From assembly GCA_044226015.1 (NCBI GenBank), contig JBGAHS010000003.1, positions 448,001-512,000 of the forward strand: a DNA stretch of 64,000 bases, read 5' to 3'. The translations under genes and the position numbers were made by a program. This stretch comes from Candidatus Obscuribacteraceae bacterium. Its GTDB lineage: Bacteria > Cyanobacteriota > Vampirovibrionia > Obscuribacterales > Obscuribacteraceae. The notes beneath the pieces are model-generated. The model was not told the origin of the DNA, searched no databases, and saw only the letters and a list, made by a program, of their open reading frames with translations. Of the stretch, positions 48,912 to 58,792 are shown in pieces (position 1 is the first letter of the stretch; each line of letters begins with the position of its first letter).

Positions 48912-50402
48912 TTAGCGAACGCGCTCCTTCACCTTGTATTGCACAGCCCCTTGTGCCGATTTCGGAATCTGAACCTTGCTTTGAGCTTGGTTCACATTTT
49001 CCTTTAAGGTCCACGGGGCTCCGAACGACTGATCGGCGGGAACATTGATTTCCACGAGAACTTCAACGTCTTTATCCCGCTTGTAGTTGAAAACATTGAT
49101 CTTGTAAGTGTTTTCTTCCCAGACTTCCCGGTATGCACCAGGAGCTGGCTGACTGGCGCCAGGCACGGCCAGGGGCTGCTTCTGCACCAGAACGCGCTCC
49201 CATTTCAGCTCAGAAGAGCTGCCGATAACCATCTGGAAAACCTCATCAACAGCCTTGGCTCCAAGCTCAACACTGCCCACCATTTGAACAGGAGAGTTGG
49301 CGCTTGCTCGTTGATAGACCTTCACTGAACCAGCTGGAAGGGCGATTCCAAGCCCATTTTTGTCGCAGTTATCCACCTCGAGACGTATCGAAACTTCTTT
49401 CTTACCCTTGCTGTAGTAAGAAATACTGTTGGCGGGAATGAAGTATTCGCGCTTAACAGCCACGTCATGGGCAGCGAAGAGTCGAACGTGCCGAGACTGA
49501 CCCTCGTTGAGAGTCACCACCCCTGGTAGCGTATAGGTGGTCTGGTCACCAAGAGAGTCTACAGTAGCAGCACCTCCGGCAGGAGCTGAGGCTACCTGCA
49601 GCCCACGAGCGGCGTACATGCGTCCGTCACCCATGTCACCGGTGCTTACTTTCGAAGGAAGCAGCGAAATTCTGGCACCTTCGAAGGAAACACCAGAATT
49701 GTTTTGCAAGGAAACCGTCGTTTCCCAGCTCTGAATGACGCTCTTGTCGTCATTGTAGACGACGGTATGTCCAGCACTCCATGTGAGTCCATCAGTTTCG
49801 TACATGAAGCGGAACTCGTAATCGCCAGCGACGTCGGCAAAAGCTTCAACAACGAGTGAAGCACGAGATGACACATCTCCCGGCAAACGGTCAAACGTTG
49901 CACCGACAACCGGAACGACTACAGCCTGTCCAGCAGCGGTCTTCAAGACCACGGTACTGCCAGCGGTGCTCAACAGCTCACCTACGACATGATCACCACT
50001 GGCGGTGACCACTCCGAGCTGCTGTCCAATCGACGATGCGAGCAGCTTGTCCAGGCTCAGATTCGCCGGTTGGTAAGTCGACGACAAGTAAGTGAATGAA
50101 CGCTCTGGTCCCTTTTTGAGAAGCCGCGAACTCAGCGGAACGAAAGAGCGGTCACGGAACTGTGAGGGAATGTCCGAGAGGGTAATGAGGTTGCGCCCGA
50201 CCTCGAGGTGTACCTTCCGAGTCTCCTCGACCTGGGCGTAGCGTTCACCGTAAATCGTGAGATAGAGATCACCCACCCGCTGAACAGGCGCAGCAGCAGC
50301 ATTCTTGCTGGGTGGGGCGGCGTTCGCCATGGACGGCTGGACAAAAGACGTGCAGCTGACGGACAGGAAACCGAGGGCGACGATTGCGAACAACTTTCTC
50401 AT
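48912..50402 (-). CDS. DUF4139-family secreted protein
   Basis: Signal peptide, LTIY...AQVEETR, Y.TDGLTW, NNSG, GIALPAGSVKVY. Confidence 0.85.
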   Translation of the reverse strand: MRKLFAIVALGFLSVSCTSFVQPSMANAAPPSKNAAAAPVQRVGDLYLTIYGERYAQVEETRKVHLEVGRNLITLSDIPSQFRDRSFVPLSSRLLKKGPERSFTYLSSTYQPANLSLDKLLASSIGQQLGVVTASGDHVVGELLSTAGSTVVLKTAAGQAVVVPVVGATFDRLPGDVSSRASLVVEAFADVAGDYEFRFMYETDGLTWSAGHTVVYNDDKSVIQSWETTVSLQNNSGVSFEGARISLLPSKVSTGDMGDGRMYAARGLQVASAPAGGAATVDSLGDQTTYTLPGVVTLNEGQSRHVRLFAAHDVAVKREYFIPANSISYYSKGKKEVSIRLEVDNCDKNGLGIALPAGSVKVYQRASANSPVQMVGSVELGAKAVDEVFQMVIGSSSELKWERVLVQKQPLAVPGASQPAPGAYREVWEENTYKINVFNYKRDKDVEVLVEINVPADQSFGAPWTLKENVNQAQSKVQIPKSAQGAVQYKVKERVR

Positions 50403-50763
50403 CTAATGCGCTCCTGGAAAAGTGTACATACGTGCTCAAAGACCGCACGGCTGGTCGCTTCTCTTTGTGCCTGAGATATGGCTGTAATTCTTGGTTTTGG
50501 CTCGGAAATTTACCTCAGGCGCTATGGAAAAAGAGAAGTGTCGACAGCCTAGTTTCTTCCTGTTCAATCACTCCAGCAAAACAAAAGTTTGTGTCGATCA
50601 AAATCCTGTAATATGACCGAGCGCCGTTAGCAGAGCGCCTTAAGAAGCTTATGTCCTGTGGGTTAACAGACGCGCTAAGTTTGCTTAAGGCAAGCTTTAT
50701 GTCGCAGCAAAATAAAGCCAACAGGTGATATTGGCACCTCTTTTTACCCCAAGTTTCCTTTTA

Positions 50764-51840
50764 TTAGCTCGCTACTACGGGAGCCTGAGCCGTTAGACGA
50801 CGATAACGTGTTTCAAAGCCTTCGGCTTTTGCGTACGAAAGGATTTTCTCGACATCACGTTCAATAGTCGCGCCAGCTTTTTCGGTAACCTCGTCTTCCC
50901 AAGGAATGTCAAAGTCATTCGCCCCAAAACGCAGTCCACGCAATGCGTTAGCATTTTGAGTTAGAACACTGGTTCTTATGAATCTAATGTTGTCGAAAAA
51001 TATTCTACAGAGTGCGATGTGGCGCAAATATTCAAACGCACCAATTTCCTGTCCACCGAGTTCATTGTTGTAAGGCTTGTAGGTCCACGACAGGAAGCTG
51101 AAAAGACCTCCGGCATAGTCATCTTGAAACTTACGCACAGTCTCAAGATGATCAAGTCGTTCGTCGAGACTTTCATCAAAACCAATCACCATGGTAGCAG
51201 TTGTTCTCATTCCTTGCTCAAGAATTTGCCCCTGCGCTTGCATATATTCAGCCACTGTATACTTAAGCGGGCTGTGCCGATTGCGGAAAGAATCAGACAA
51301 GATCTCCGCACCACCACCGGTGACCCACCTGACGCCGCTTGCCTTCAGCCTGTTAATAGCCTCAGGTACAGTAATCTTGCTTATCTTTGCTGCATAAATC
51401 AGCTCGACCACAGTCATTGCATAAAATTCGATCCGATCACCATATCGCTCACGAATCGATGAAAACAAATCACAGTAATAATCAATCTTCAACTCAGGGT
51501 TGAATCCACCGTTGAAGCCAAAAAAGTCTCCACCAGCAGCAATTAACTCATCAATCTTTTCGAAAATAAATTCTTTTGGCCGGACATAACCGTCAGGAGC
51601 CTTTGGCAGTCTGTAGAACGAGCAATAATCACACTTGGCTACGCAAACATTTGTGTAATTGATAATTCTCATGAGCAAATAAGTGGCTACATTTGGCTCA
51701 TGAAAGCGATCGCGCACCAAATTAGCAAGTGCCATAAGTTGTTCGTCGCTGGCATTTTGCCACAAGAATCGCGCGTCTTCCCGCGAAATTCTCGCGCCAT
51801 TCTTAACCGTGCTTTCAATTTCGTCAAATCTCGTCTGCAT
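50764..51840 (-). CDS. mqnC: CofH/MqnC-family radical SAM protein (probable cyclic dehypoxanthinyl futalosine synthase)
   Basis: INYTNVCVAKCDYCSFYR, GGGAEIL, TTATM, FGANDF. Confidence 0.8.
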   Translation of the reverse strand: MQTRFDEIESTVKNGARISREDARFLWQNASDEQLMALANLVRDRFHEPNVATYLLMRIINYTNVCVAKCDYCSFYRLPKAPDGYVRPKEFIFEKIDELIAAGGDFFGFNGGFNPELKIDYYCDLFSSIRERYGDRIEFYAMTVVELIYAAKISKITVPEAINRLKASGVRWVTGGGAEILSDSFRNRHSPLKYTVAEYMQAQGQILEQGMRTTATMVIGFDESLDERLDHLETVRKFQDDYAGGLFSFLSWTYKPYNNELGGQEIGAFEYLRHIALCRIFFDNIRFIRTSVLTQNANALRGLRFGANDFDIPWEDEVTEKAGATIERDVEKILSYAKAEGFETRYRRLTAQAPVVAS

Positions 51841-52189
51841 AAGACCTTCCTCGCTTTCTGCAAATCTTAGATCAAGTCTCAGGAAGAATGCGCGGAATTT
51901 TGCATTTCTGCAAGGTTCTGTGTTGTCAAAATAGGTCACTAGCCCACCAGGAGAACGTCCAAAATCATCGGTCCAATTTAAGCTAGAATTCTCAGCCGAA
52001 CTGCGAAATTCAGACGCAACCTTCGTGACATCACGCTAGGTGTACAGCTAAGTTATAGCCGCGAGCCCCTGGCCGACAGGCGGTAGCGCCATCGACTGCC
52101 AGCCCCGCCAGCTGAGGCTAGTGCGAGCCACGCCATCGCAATAACACCCCCCCTAGCGCCGACGTCCTGTGGTCCCCGCCCCACGATAC

Positions 52190-52219
52190 TTGGTTCAGCC
52201 CCCTGCGTTGTCGTAGGGT
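52190..52219 (+). promoter_or_regulatory. Putative promoter TTGGTT-N18-TAGGGT
   Basis: Matches the shared motif; G-poor leader follows. Confidence 0.6.
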
Positions 52220-52419
52220 GTAAGGTACATTCGTCGTTTACTTCACCCCGCAAAGAAATCTCCAAACCCAAATCAGCACAGCCACATCAGCTTGCCGCTT
52301 CTTGTTTTTACAAGGAGATTGGGTACGGAGTTGTTTCTAGCAACGACAGATGCCACAAAGCACCGCCAATGCGCTGCTTTCCTTTCTTACCGAACCCTAG
52401 CCTGAAAGGAGCTATCGTT

Positions 52420-53373
52420 ATGGACGGACATGATGGACATGGCCCAGACCACGGAGGTGGTGCCGGTCATGCATTCGACCTCGGCGCTCTCGCCGCTGGT
52501 CTCGGTGGTCACGGCCACGCTCACGGTTCGCACAGCCACAGCGTCGGACACGCGCCTGGTGCCACTCATGGGCACTCGGGTTGGGCTTTCGGCATTGCTT
52601 CGGCAGCGCTGTCGCACTCAGGTGTGATGGACTCCGTTGCGACGCGCGAATGCACCGACGCCCAGATCGGCGTGCGCCTGCCCGGCGTCGTGCTCAGTGA
52701 CAGGACCATGCAGCTTCTGGTCTGGCCGCATGGACTCATCGACACGCAAGCGCTCTTCCGCACCATCGCCAGCCGCCACAAGCTGCTGAGCCTGTCGCGC
52801 AAAACGCCTGCCACTGTCGCCTCGAACCGCCAGCACAAGACCCTGCTCGACACCAAGGTCTTCGACGGCCCCGGCAAAAACTCTCAGCCGAGTGCCAAGT
52901 ACGAAGGCGCCACCGGAACGACCACCGTGTGGAACGAGTTCTGGCAGCTGCCGACACAGCGCGCCTGGTGGAGTTCCAAGACCGTCGATGATGGACTGCC
53001 CCTGGGCTCCCATCTCGTCATCATGGGTTACACCTGGTTCTACGCTGAGACCGGCGACTACGAGACGCGCGTCGCTATCACGGTTACCAAGCCCAACACT
53101 TGCGTAGCCGGAGAGTGGAAGCCCGTCGATGAAGACGCGGTCAGACGGCACCTCGCTACCGCTCGTTCGGTCGCACTGGAGCTTTTCGACCAGCTGTCGA
53201 AGGTCAATTCGGCGGAGTATTCCAAGGTGATGCGTGAGCTTCAGAACCACGACCGGACTCCGGTTTGCGGACCTCTGGGCTGCGAACTTCACCACGCCCC
53301 GACGCACGTCGCTGCGCCTCGATTTCTGCCTCGCCATAGCGGTGGGGACATCATCCGCGACGAAATGCGATGA
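52420..53373 (+). CDS. Hypothetical protein with His/Gly-rich N-terminus
   Basis: AAGGAG RBS; MDGHDGHGPDHG...GHGHAHGSHSH; GC3-rich codons. Confidence 0.75.
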   Translation: MDGHDGHGPDHGGGAGHAFDLGALAAGLGGHGHAHGSHSHSVGHAPGATHGHSGWAFGIASAALSHSGVMDSVATRECTDAQIGVRLPGVVLSDRTMQLLVWPHGLIDTQALFRTIASRHKLLSLSRKTPATVASNRQHKTLLDTKVFDGPGKNSQPSAKYEGATGTTTVWNEFWQLPTQRAWWSSKTVDDGLPLGSHLVIMGYTWFYAETGDYETRVAITVTKPNTCVAGEWKPVDEDAVRRHLATARSVALELFDQLSKVNSAEYSKVMRELQNHDRTPVCGPLGCELHHAPTHVAAPRFLPRHSGGDIIRDEMR

Positions 53374-53578
53374 GCATCTGGACGCCAGCGGGAAGAAGAA
53401 CAATGCGCAAGCATTGCTCCTCTCTTCCCGCTGGCAGTCCATTTTTTTTCCAAGCGATGCTGCTACTTGCTATAGTATGCATCGTATCAAGCAATAGAGG
53501 CAGAAAGAGAAAGTGAAGGGCACGCAGCCAGGACACGAGGTCACTGGCTGCATGCTCCACTAAGATACGAGCACAGGG

Positions 53579-54196
53579 TTAGCCGATCGGAATCTGCAAG
53601 CCCTTCTCGATGTGCGGCTTCGCCTGCGGCGTGCAGTAAATCTGCACCTCCGTCAAACGAACCGGATGTTCGAGTCTGTTGAAGACTGCATTCACAGCCA
53701 TCTTGAGTTTGTGCCCCATGCCCTTCATGTTGATGCCGCCTTTCGTCCCACGATTGGGAGCGAACGGAATCATGACGCGCTGAACGTCCAGTCGAATGGC
53801 TTCCTCGATAATCTTCTCAAAGACATCGAATGCCGTTCGCCCACTGAACTTTTCGGCGCGACCGATGCCCGCTACGAAGAGATGGCGATTGGCGTCGCCA
53901 CAACTTCCGCAGAGGTCGGTTTCGAGAAGCAGGTGGTCGCCGCGCTTGCCTTCAAAGCCACCATCCTTGATGGCAGACTTGATCAGCTCGCCGACGCCTT
54001 CGTGACGCGAATGCAGTTCACGGGGCACTTTCATGCCCGCGAGAACAGGAACCAGAACGAGGTCGGATTCGATTTCATCAATCGACTTGCGACCGAGTTC
54101 AGCGACAAACACGAATTTGGGCTTGTCGGGGTGGAACGGCTGATCAGCGGAGTGCGCTTGTTCAGTCAAAATAATTGCCTGGATGTGCCTGGCCAT
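53579..54196 (-). CDS. Stand-alone leucyl aminopeptidase (M17) N-terminal-like domain protein
   Basis: SDLVLVPV, IKDGGFEGKRGDHLLL, LFVAGIG; no catalytic domain; GGAGG RBS. Confidence 0.65.
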   Translation of the reverse strand: MARHIQAIILTEQAHSADQPFHPDKPKFVFVAELGRKSIDEIESDLVLVPVLAGMKVPRELHSRHEGVGELIKSAIKDGGFEGKRGDHLLLETDLCGSCGDANRHLFVAGIGRAEKFSGRTAFDVFEKIIEEAIRLDVQRVMIPFAPNRGTKGGINMKGMGHKLKMAVNAVFNRLEHPVRLTEVQIYCTPQAKPHIEKGLQIPIG

Positions 54197-54436
54197 TGCA
54201 AATCCTCCATTGGTTATCAGACTGCGTCTGCAGGTCGCAATCTGAAGTTGAAGAGTAACCGTAGCCTATGCTCGGTTAAGCAAAAAGCTGTCCATCACCG
54301 GGCTGTCACCAAGACTTTCCTAACAGTAAACTCAGCCGCCGCGTCTAAAGAAACGCTGAAATGGACTGAATTGCTTGTTAGGTGACTTGAATGGAGATTG
54401 GTAGCCGAGTGGAGAGGAACGTATACTGAGGAGCGC

Positions 54437-54465
54437 AGCCTATGAAAATCTGAGCGTCCATGCAA
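54437..54465 (-). promoter_or_regulatory. Putative promoter TTGCAT-N17-TAGGCT
   Basis: Variant of the shared motif; G-poor leader follows on the minus strand. Confidence 0.55.
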
Positions 54466-54680
54466 GCAGTAAGCGTTAAAAACGCGCTAAGCAGCCAACT
54501 ATGCCCTACTGCAAAAAAATGAAGGAAGACTAAAAGGCAAAACTTGGCGAAGGAGAAACCTTTGCAGCAGAGCATTTCCGGCATGCTAAAATAAAGCTGA
54601 CAGGTTAGCGCAGTTGTCACAATACATTTTGAACCCACTGCTTAACGCTTGTTACGTCGATGCTTTTTTTAGAGGCCGCA

Positions 54681-55166
54681 GTGAACCAGAGTGCATCAAA
54701 AAAGACCAGGTTAATTGGTTATGTTCGAATAGAAAACAGAGATGAAATCTATATCTCCGACCAGAATTCACACATAGAGAATTTCGCAGCAAAGAATAAT
54801 CTCGAAATCTTGCAGATTGAACACGAGGTTTCGAATGGGCAACAGCTCGTGCGCACAGGCGTTTGGAAGGCACTGCGGATGATGGCTTGTCTTAACTGCG
54901 AACCGAAACAAATGCCAATGGTACTTGATTACGATTATTGGTTCCAAGAAGTAATGAAACCATGCTCCTGCGAGAATCAAGACTCAGCAGATGGAATCAT
55001 CGTCGATGACATAAAAACCTTGTGTGCCAATCCGCCCCAGGGAGCCAAATTCTTACTCGACATGTGTACTCAGAAAAAGCACCTGTACGCTTCATCTGAC
55101 AAAAAGTGCCTGAGCTGCTGTAACCCTCAAGCAATTGAGTTTCTAAAGAGACAAATGTTGCGCTGA
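54681..55166 (+). CDS. Serine-recombinase catalytic-domain-like protein, apparently inactive, Cys-rich
   Basis: IGYVRIE...SDQ...IENFA...E-VSNG..R.G, DGIIVDD resemble the resolvase N-domain; Glu at the catalytic Ser position. Confidence 0.6.
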   Translation: MNQSASKKTRLIGYVRIENRDEIYISDQNSHIENFAAKNNLEILQIEHEVSNGQQLVRTGVWKALRMMACLNCEPKQMPMVLDYDYWFQEVMKPCSCENQDSADGIIVDDIKTLCANPPQGAKFLLDMCTQKKHLYASSDKKCLSCCNPQAIEFLKRQMLR

Positions 55167-55334
55167 TCGGCAAGTTTAAAATTTGCGCTAACCGCTGCAA
55201 AACATCGCTGTGGCTGACCCCACGGTTTAACTATTCCTTCACGTTCTTGAAGGAATTTGGAATTTTGCCGTGAACCCTTGTGCTAGCTGCAACCCGCAGC
55301 AGCGCAAGGGACCAGCTCGAACTCCGTAGCTGCC

Positions 55335-55364
55335 TTTACTCCAGACTTGCCTGGGCGCTAGGGT
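55335..55364 (+). promoter_or_regulatory. Putative promoter TTTACT-N18-TAGGGT
   Basis: Matches the shared motif; 16-mer identical to the site near 8520. Confidence 0.6.
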
Positions 55365-55528
55365 GAGGGCACCTCTCTTTTCTCCCATCTCCAGAAACTT
55401 CTCTGCACCCCTATCACCAGCAACCAATTTCGACACCAGACTATTCGTGCAGACGAATTCAGGAGAGATGGGGTTTCTTCATCGACACTACCGGTGGTAT
55501 CGGTAGTAGCTTTAGAACAGGAGTAACA

Positions 55529-56065
55529 ATGATTCGTGCAAAAGTTTGTGACCCGGACAGCAAGCTCGGCTTCATGGAATTCACCCGAGGTACGACGAGC
55601 ATCCTCAGCGTTCCACATGGCGCCGACAGCGAACTGTGGATCAGCACCGACGACCAGAGCTGCACACTCACCATCGAAGCGGCCGGACAAGAGCTGAAGA
55701 GCGTCGAAATCGACCCTCCCGGGGGCTCGATTCGCATCTCTGACTTGCGTCAACCGTTGGCACGCAACGTCTTCTCGGTCAGCCGCCTCATGCAGGCAAT
55801 GCGCCTGGAGAAGGCAGCCGAACCCACCCAGCGCCTCTACAACTTCCGGGCGCTCATCTACTCTGGAACACCGAAAGCTCACGGCGACCTGCTCGCGACT
55901 TTCGATTTCCACCTGCTCTGTGAAGTTGACTTTCACTGGGCTCGGGCTTACCACCTTGAAGATGGCAACACCTCAGAAGCCGTCACTCGCCGCGCGGAAG
56001 GCACCTGTCCTCACTGCCAGGAAATCCGCAATCGTCTCGAGCGCCAGTGGCGCTACGAGATCTAA
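55529..56065 (+). CDS. Hypothetical protein with C-terminal CPHC
   Basis: AGGAG RBS; C-biased codons. Confidence 0.75.
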   Translation: MIRAKVCDPDSKLGFMEFTRGTTSILSVPHGADSELWISTDDQSCTLTIEAAGQELKSVEIDPPGGSIRISDLRQPLARNVFSVSRLMQAMRLEKAAEPTQRLYNFRALIYSGTPKAHGDLLATFDFHLLCEVDFHWARAYHLEDGNTSEAVTRRAEGTCPHCQEIRNRLERQWRYEI

Positions 56066-56102
56066 TTCTTCTTCAACAACCTGAAATCTCGGAGGAGACA
56101 TA

Positions 56103-56549
56103 ATGTCGATTTTGCCGATGGGCAACACTACTGCCGACCAGCCGGGTCGTGAATATCACGCTCGGCTCAACGGGGGACGAAAGCTGCCAGCTGCAAACGC
56201 CGACCTTGCACAGGCTCGGTTGTTCAAAGAGTTCTGGGGTCCAAGCGGCGCCTGCCCTGTGCAACTGGAAGGCATTCTGCCGAACGGAGAGTTCGTCTAC
56301 TTCCGCGCCCGCGGAAACAAAGTCGAACTCGAAGTTTCCAGCGTGTACCAGGGACCCGCGCATGCTCACTACCTGAAGCAGCTTGAAACCAACCATGAGT
56401 TGGGCACCGGCGTGCTTCCGCAAGAAATCTGCGTGAGCTACATCAAGCGCTGGCTGGCTGACTACTCCCAGCGACTGAGCAACCCGCACGCGCCATACAG
56501 CGGTGAACAGTTCAAGGTCAGCGAACCTTTGGAAAGCATCGTCATCTAA
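56103..56549 (+). CDS. Hypothetical protein (CPVQLEG...YFRARG motif)
   Basis: GGAGGAG RBS; closely follows the preceding gene. Confidence 0.75.
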   Translation: MSILPMGNTTADQPGREYHARLNGGRKLPAANADLAQARLFKEFWGPSGACPVQLEGILPNGEFVYFRARGNKVELEVSSVYQGPAHAHYLKQLETNHELGTGVLPQEICVSYIKRWLADYSQRLSNPHAPYSGEQFKVSEPLESIVI

Positions 56550-56580
56550 GCAGGGCAGGACCCAGCTTAGAACAGACAGT

Positions 56581-56623
56581 CGAAAGGGCAAAATCCGCAA
56601 GGACTTTGCCCTTTCGTCATTTT
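56581..56623 (+). terminator. Terminator hairpin with GCAA loop
   Basis: cgaaagggcaaa-tcc-gcaa-gga-tttgccctttcg. Confidence 0.75.
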
Positions 56624-56649
56624 AAACGCACCAACTACAAGCAGTAGTA

Positions 56650-58119
56650 TTACTTACCCATTTGTTCGAGTAGGAAAGAAATCAATTTTTCGGCCTCACT
56701 TCTTCCCAGTTCATCCCAATGAGAGATACCAAAATTATCTTGTGAGTACTGGTCGGCCTGCTCATCAGTCCAGCCAATCATATCGAGAGCCTTACCCAAC
56801 ACTGTCAAATAATTTTGATCAGTTACTTCACCCAACGGATTTGCAGGTTTCTTGGCCGGTGCCGCAGGCGTTGAAGGCGCAGGCACTGCTGCTGGCAACG
56901 CTGCAGCGGGTGTGACAGGCGTAGCCGCAGGAGTAGAAGGCAACGAGCTGCTGAGTTGCGAAGACACAGATGGTGTCATTGGCGGTGGCGCAGCTACCGG
57001 TGCAGAAGGCGCCGCCGGAAGCACTGGTGACGTCATGGGTGGTGCCATAGAAATTGGAGCAGCAAGCGGACTTGGCGGACTTGCCATTTCAGGCTCTTCA
57101 TCTTCGTCACCTATTTCCATGTCGTCGCCGAAATCATCGAGCGGCTCAGGCATAGAGCTTGGGGTGCCTGAGGCAGAACTTGAAGAAGAAGATGATAATG
57201 ATGACGACGACGAATCGCCACCCTTAGAAATTGAAGGCATTGAAAGACTTGGGCGCTCACTACTGGAATTCATCAACGAGCCCGGAGCAGATGGTGATAC
57301 GCCCGCAGACATACCCGGAAACAACGCAGCCGGAGCGCTCACTGGAGTAGCAGGAGGACTTGCGGGCTGCGCTGGAGAAATTGCTGGAGAGATGGGTGAA
57401 GCGCTGGGAGTGATACTGGATGGCGCTTGAGCCGCAGACTGCGAAGCAGCTGAACCAAGAGAACTACTAGATACAGCTCTGTCCGTACTGGCGGGAGCGC
57501 TAGTAGATGGTGCAGGAGTGGTCGGCGCTTGAGTCACCGGCGCTGGTGCAGGAGGAGGCGGCGGTGGTGGCGGCGGATAGACGCTGCCCGAGCCATACTC
57601 TGTCTCCGGTAGTTGCACATTCACAGCTGGTCCGATTGAAATTTCCTCAGCCGGCAAATCCATTGGTGGAGGAGCGAACTCCTCTTCTACGGGTTGCCAT
57701 GGCGACTGAATTTCATTGCGCAATTCATTTCGAAGAGTGATAGAAATCATCAATTGGCGCAACTCGTCAATCTGCTTAGAAATCTCGATAAATCGTCTTT
57801 CGGCGAAACTGCGCAAACCAATAATTGCTTCCATCAGCATTTCTGGATTGCCCGGCTGCTGAGGAACACCAATTAACTTCGGTGTGATCAAGCCTTCTGC
57901 TTCGAGTTGTGGACGAATCTGTGATGTTGGCCAGCCTTGTTCTACCAACTCTTTGATGCGCTCAAGAATGGACAAGTCCTCAGGTCTATACTGTCTCTGT
58001 TGCCCCCGCCCACGTTTAATCTCAAGCCCGAACATCAACTCCCATCTTCTGAGTTGGTGAACAGACAAGCCCAATTTGGCTGCAACCGTGTTGATGGACA
58101 ACATTTCTGCCTGGGTCAT
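56650..58119 (-). CDS. MerR-family HTH protein with coiled coil, long Pro/Ser/Ala linker and small C-terminal helical domain
   Basis: LSINTVAAKLGLSVHQLRRWE...RGRGQQRQY MerR signature. Confidence 0.85.
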   Translation of the reverse strand: MTQAEMLSINTVAAKLGLSVHQLRRWELMFGLEIKRGRGQQRQYRPEDLSILERIKELVEQGWPTSQIRPQLEAEGLITPKLIGVPQQPGNPEMLMEAIIGLRSFAERRFIEISKQIDELRQLMISITLRNELRNEIQSPWQPVEEEFAPPPMDLPAEEISIGPAVNVQLPETEYGSGSVYPPPPPPPPPAPAPVTQAPTTPAPSTSAPASTDRAVSSSSLGSAASQSAAQAPSSITPSASPISPAISPAQPASPPATPVSAPAALFPGMSAGVSPSAPGSLMNSSSERPSLSMPSISKGGDSSSSSLSSSSSSSASGTPSSMPEPLDDFGDDMEIGDEDEEPEMASPPSPLAAPISMAPPMTSPVLPAAPSAPVAAPPPMTPSVSSQLSSSLPSTPAATPVTPAAALPAAVPAPSTPAAPAKKPANPLGEVTDQNYLTVLGKALDMIGWTDEQADQYSQDNFGISHWDELGRSEAEKLISFLLEQMGK

Positions 58120-58307
58120 AATTCTCAGCCTTTCTCCGATTATTCGTGACATTAAACGCTAGTGGTTATATGCTTTATGCCCAACTCTAGCGCAGCTAAG
58201 CGAAGCTGTATGGATGATACAGGAATTGAAAACAATTTTGTTGCTTTTTGAGATGCGGTGAGCGTTTTCAGGATGCTAAAATTGTTTATGTCAAGAGGAA
58301 GCAAGAA

Positions 58308-58664
58308 ATGACCCGCCCCAAACTGATGAGGTCAGCATTTCTGGCTATGGCGTTGTTATGGCAATGCCTGGCAAATTTCCTCGCACCCTGTGAAGCAGCA
58401 CTCCATACGAACAGTGCATTCAGTCGACAGGAAAAAGTCAGACAAGTTGCTGCCTTGGCAGCTGCACTTCCGGCTTTAGTCGAAATTAAACCGTTCGACA
58501 AAGCATCCAAAATTGAAAGCTCCAAGCTTCCGACTTTGAGAGAGACCTTAGCCTGCTCAATTTTCACAAGTTTGTTTTTTCTGTTCACTTCATCGGCAAA
58601 CCTCAATTTCAGAGCACCAGTACATCGAGGTTACTGGCTGCTATTCCGGTCTCTGAGATTGTAA
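58308..58664 (+). CDS. Hypothetical small exported or membrane protein
   Basis: AGAGG RBS, hydrophobic N-terminus. Confidence 0.4.
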   Translation: MTRPKLMRSAFLAMALLWQCLANFLAPCEAALHTNSAFSRQEKVRQVAALAAALPALVEIKPFDKASKIESSKLPTLRETLACSIFTSLFFLFTSSANLNFRAPVHRGYWLLFRSLRL

Positions 58665-58792
58665 ATCCAGGCAAATCAGTCTTCACATCAAGGTCAGCTC
58701 GAACGAAGGGTATCTACTGCACTCCGCTCTGATTGTGCTTTGCCATTAAACGCTGGCCTCTCTTTACGTGCGCGATGCGCTGGAGGTTTGTT

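Noticed and set aside
54681..55166. Active mobile element or invertible segment around the resolvase-like gene
   Set aside because: Catalytic Ser is absent, and no flanking inverted repeats or transposase were seen.
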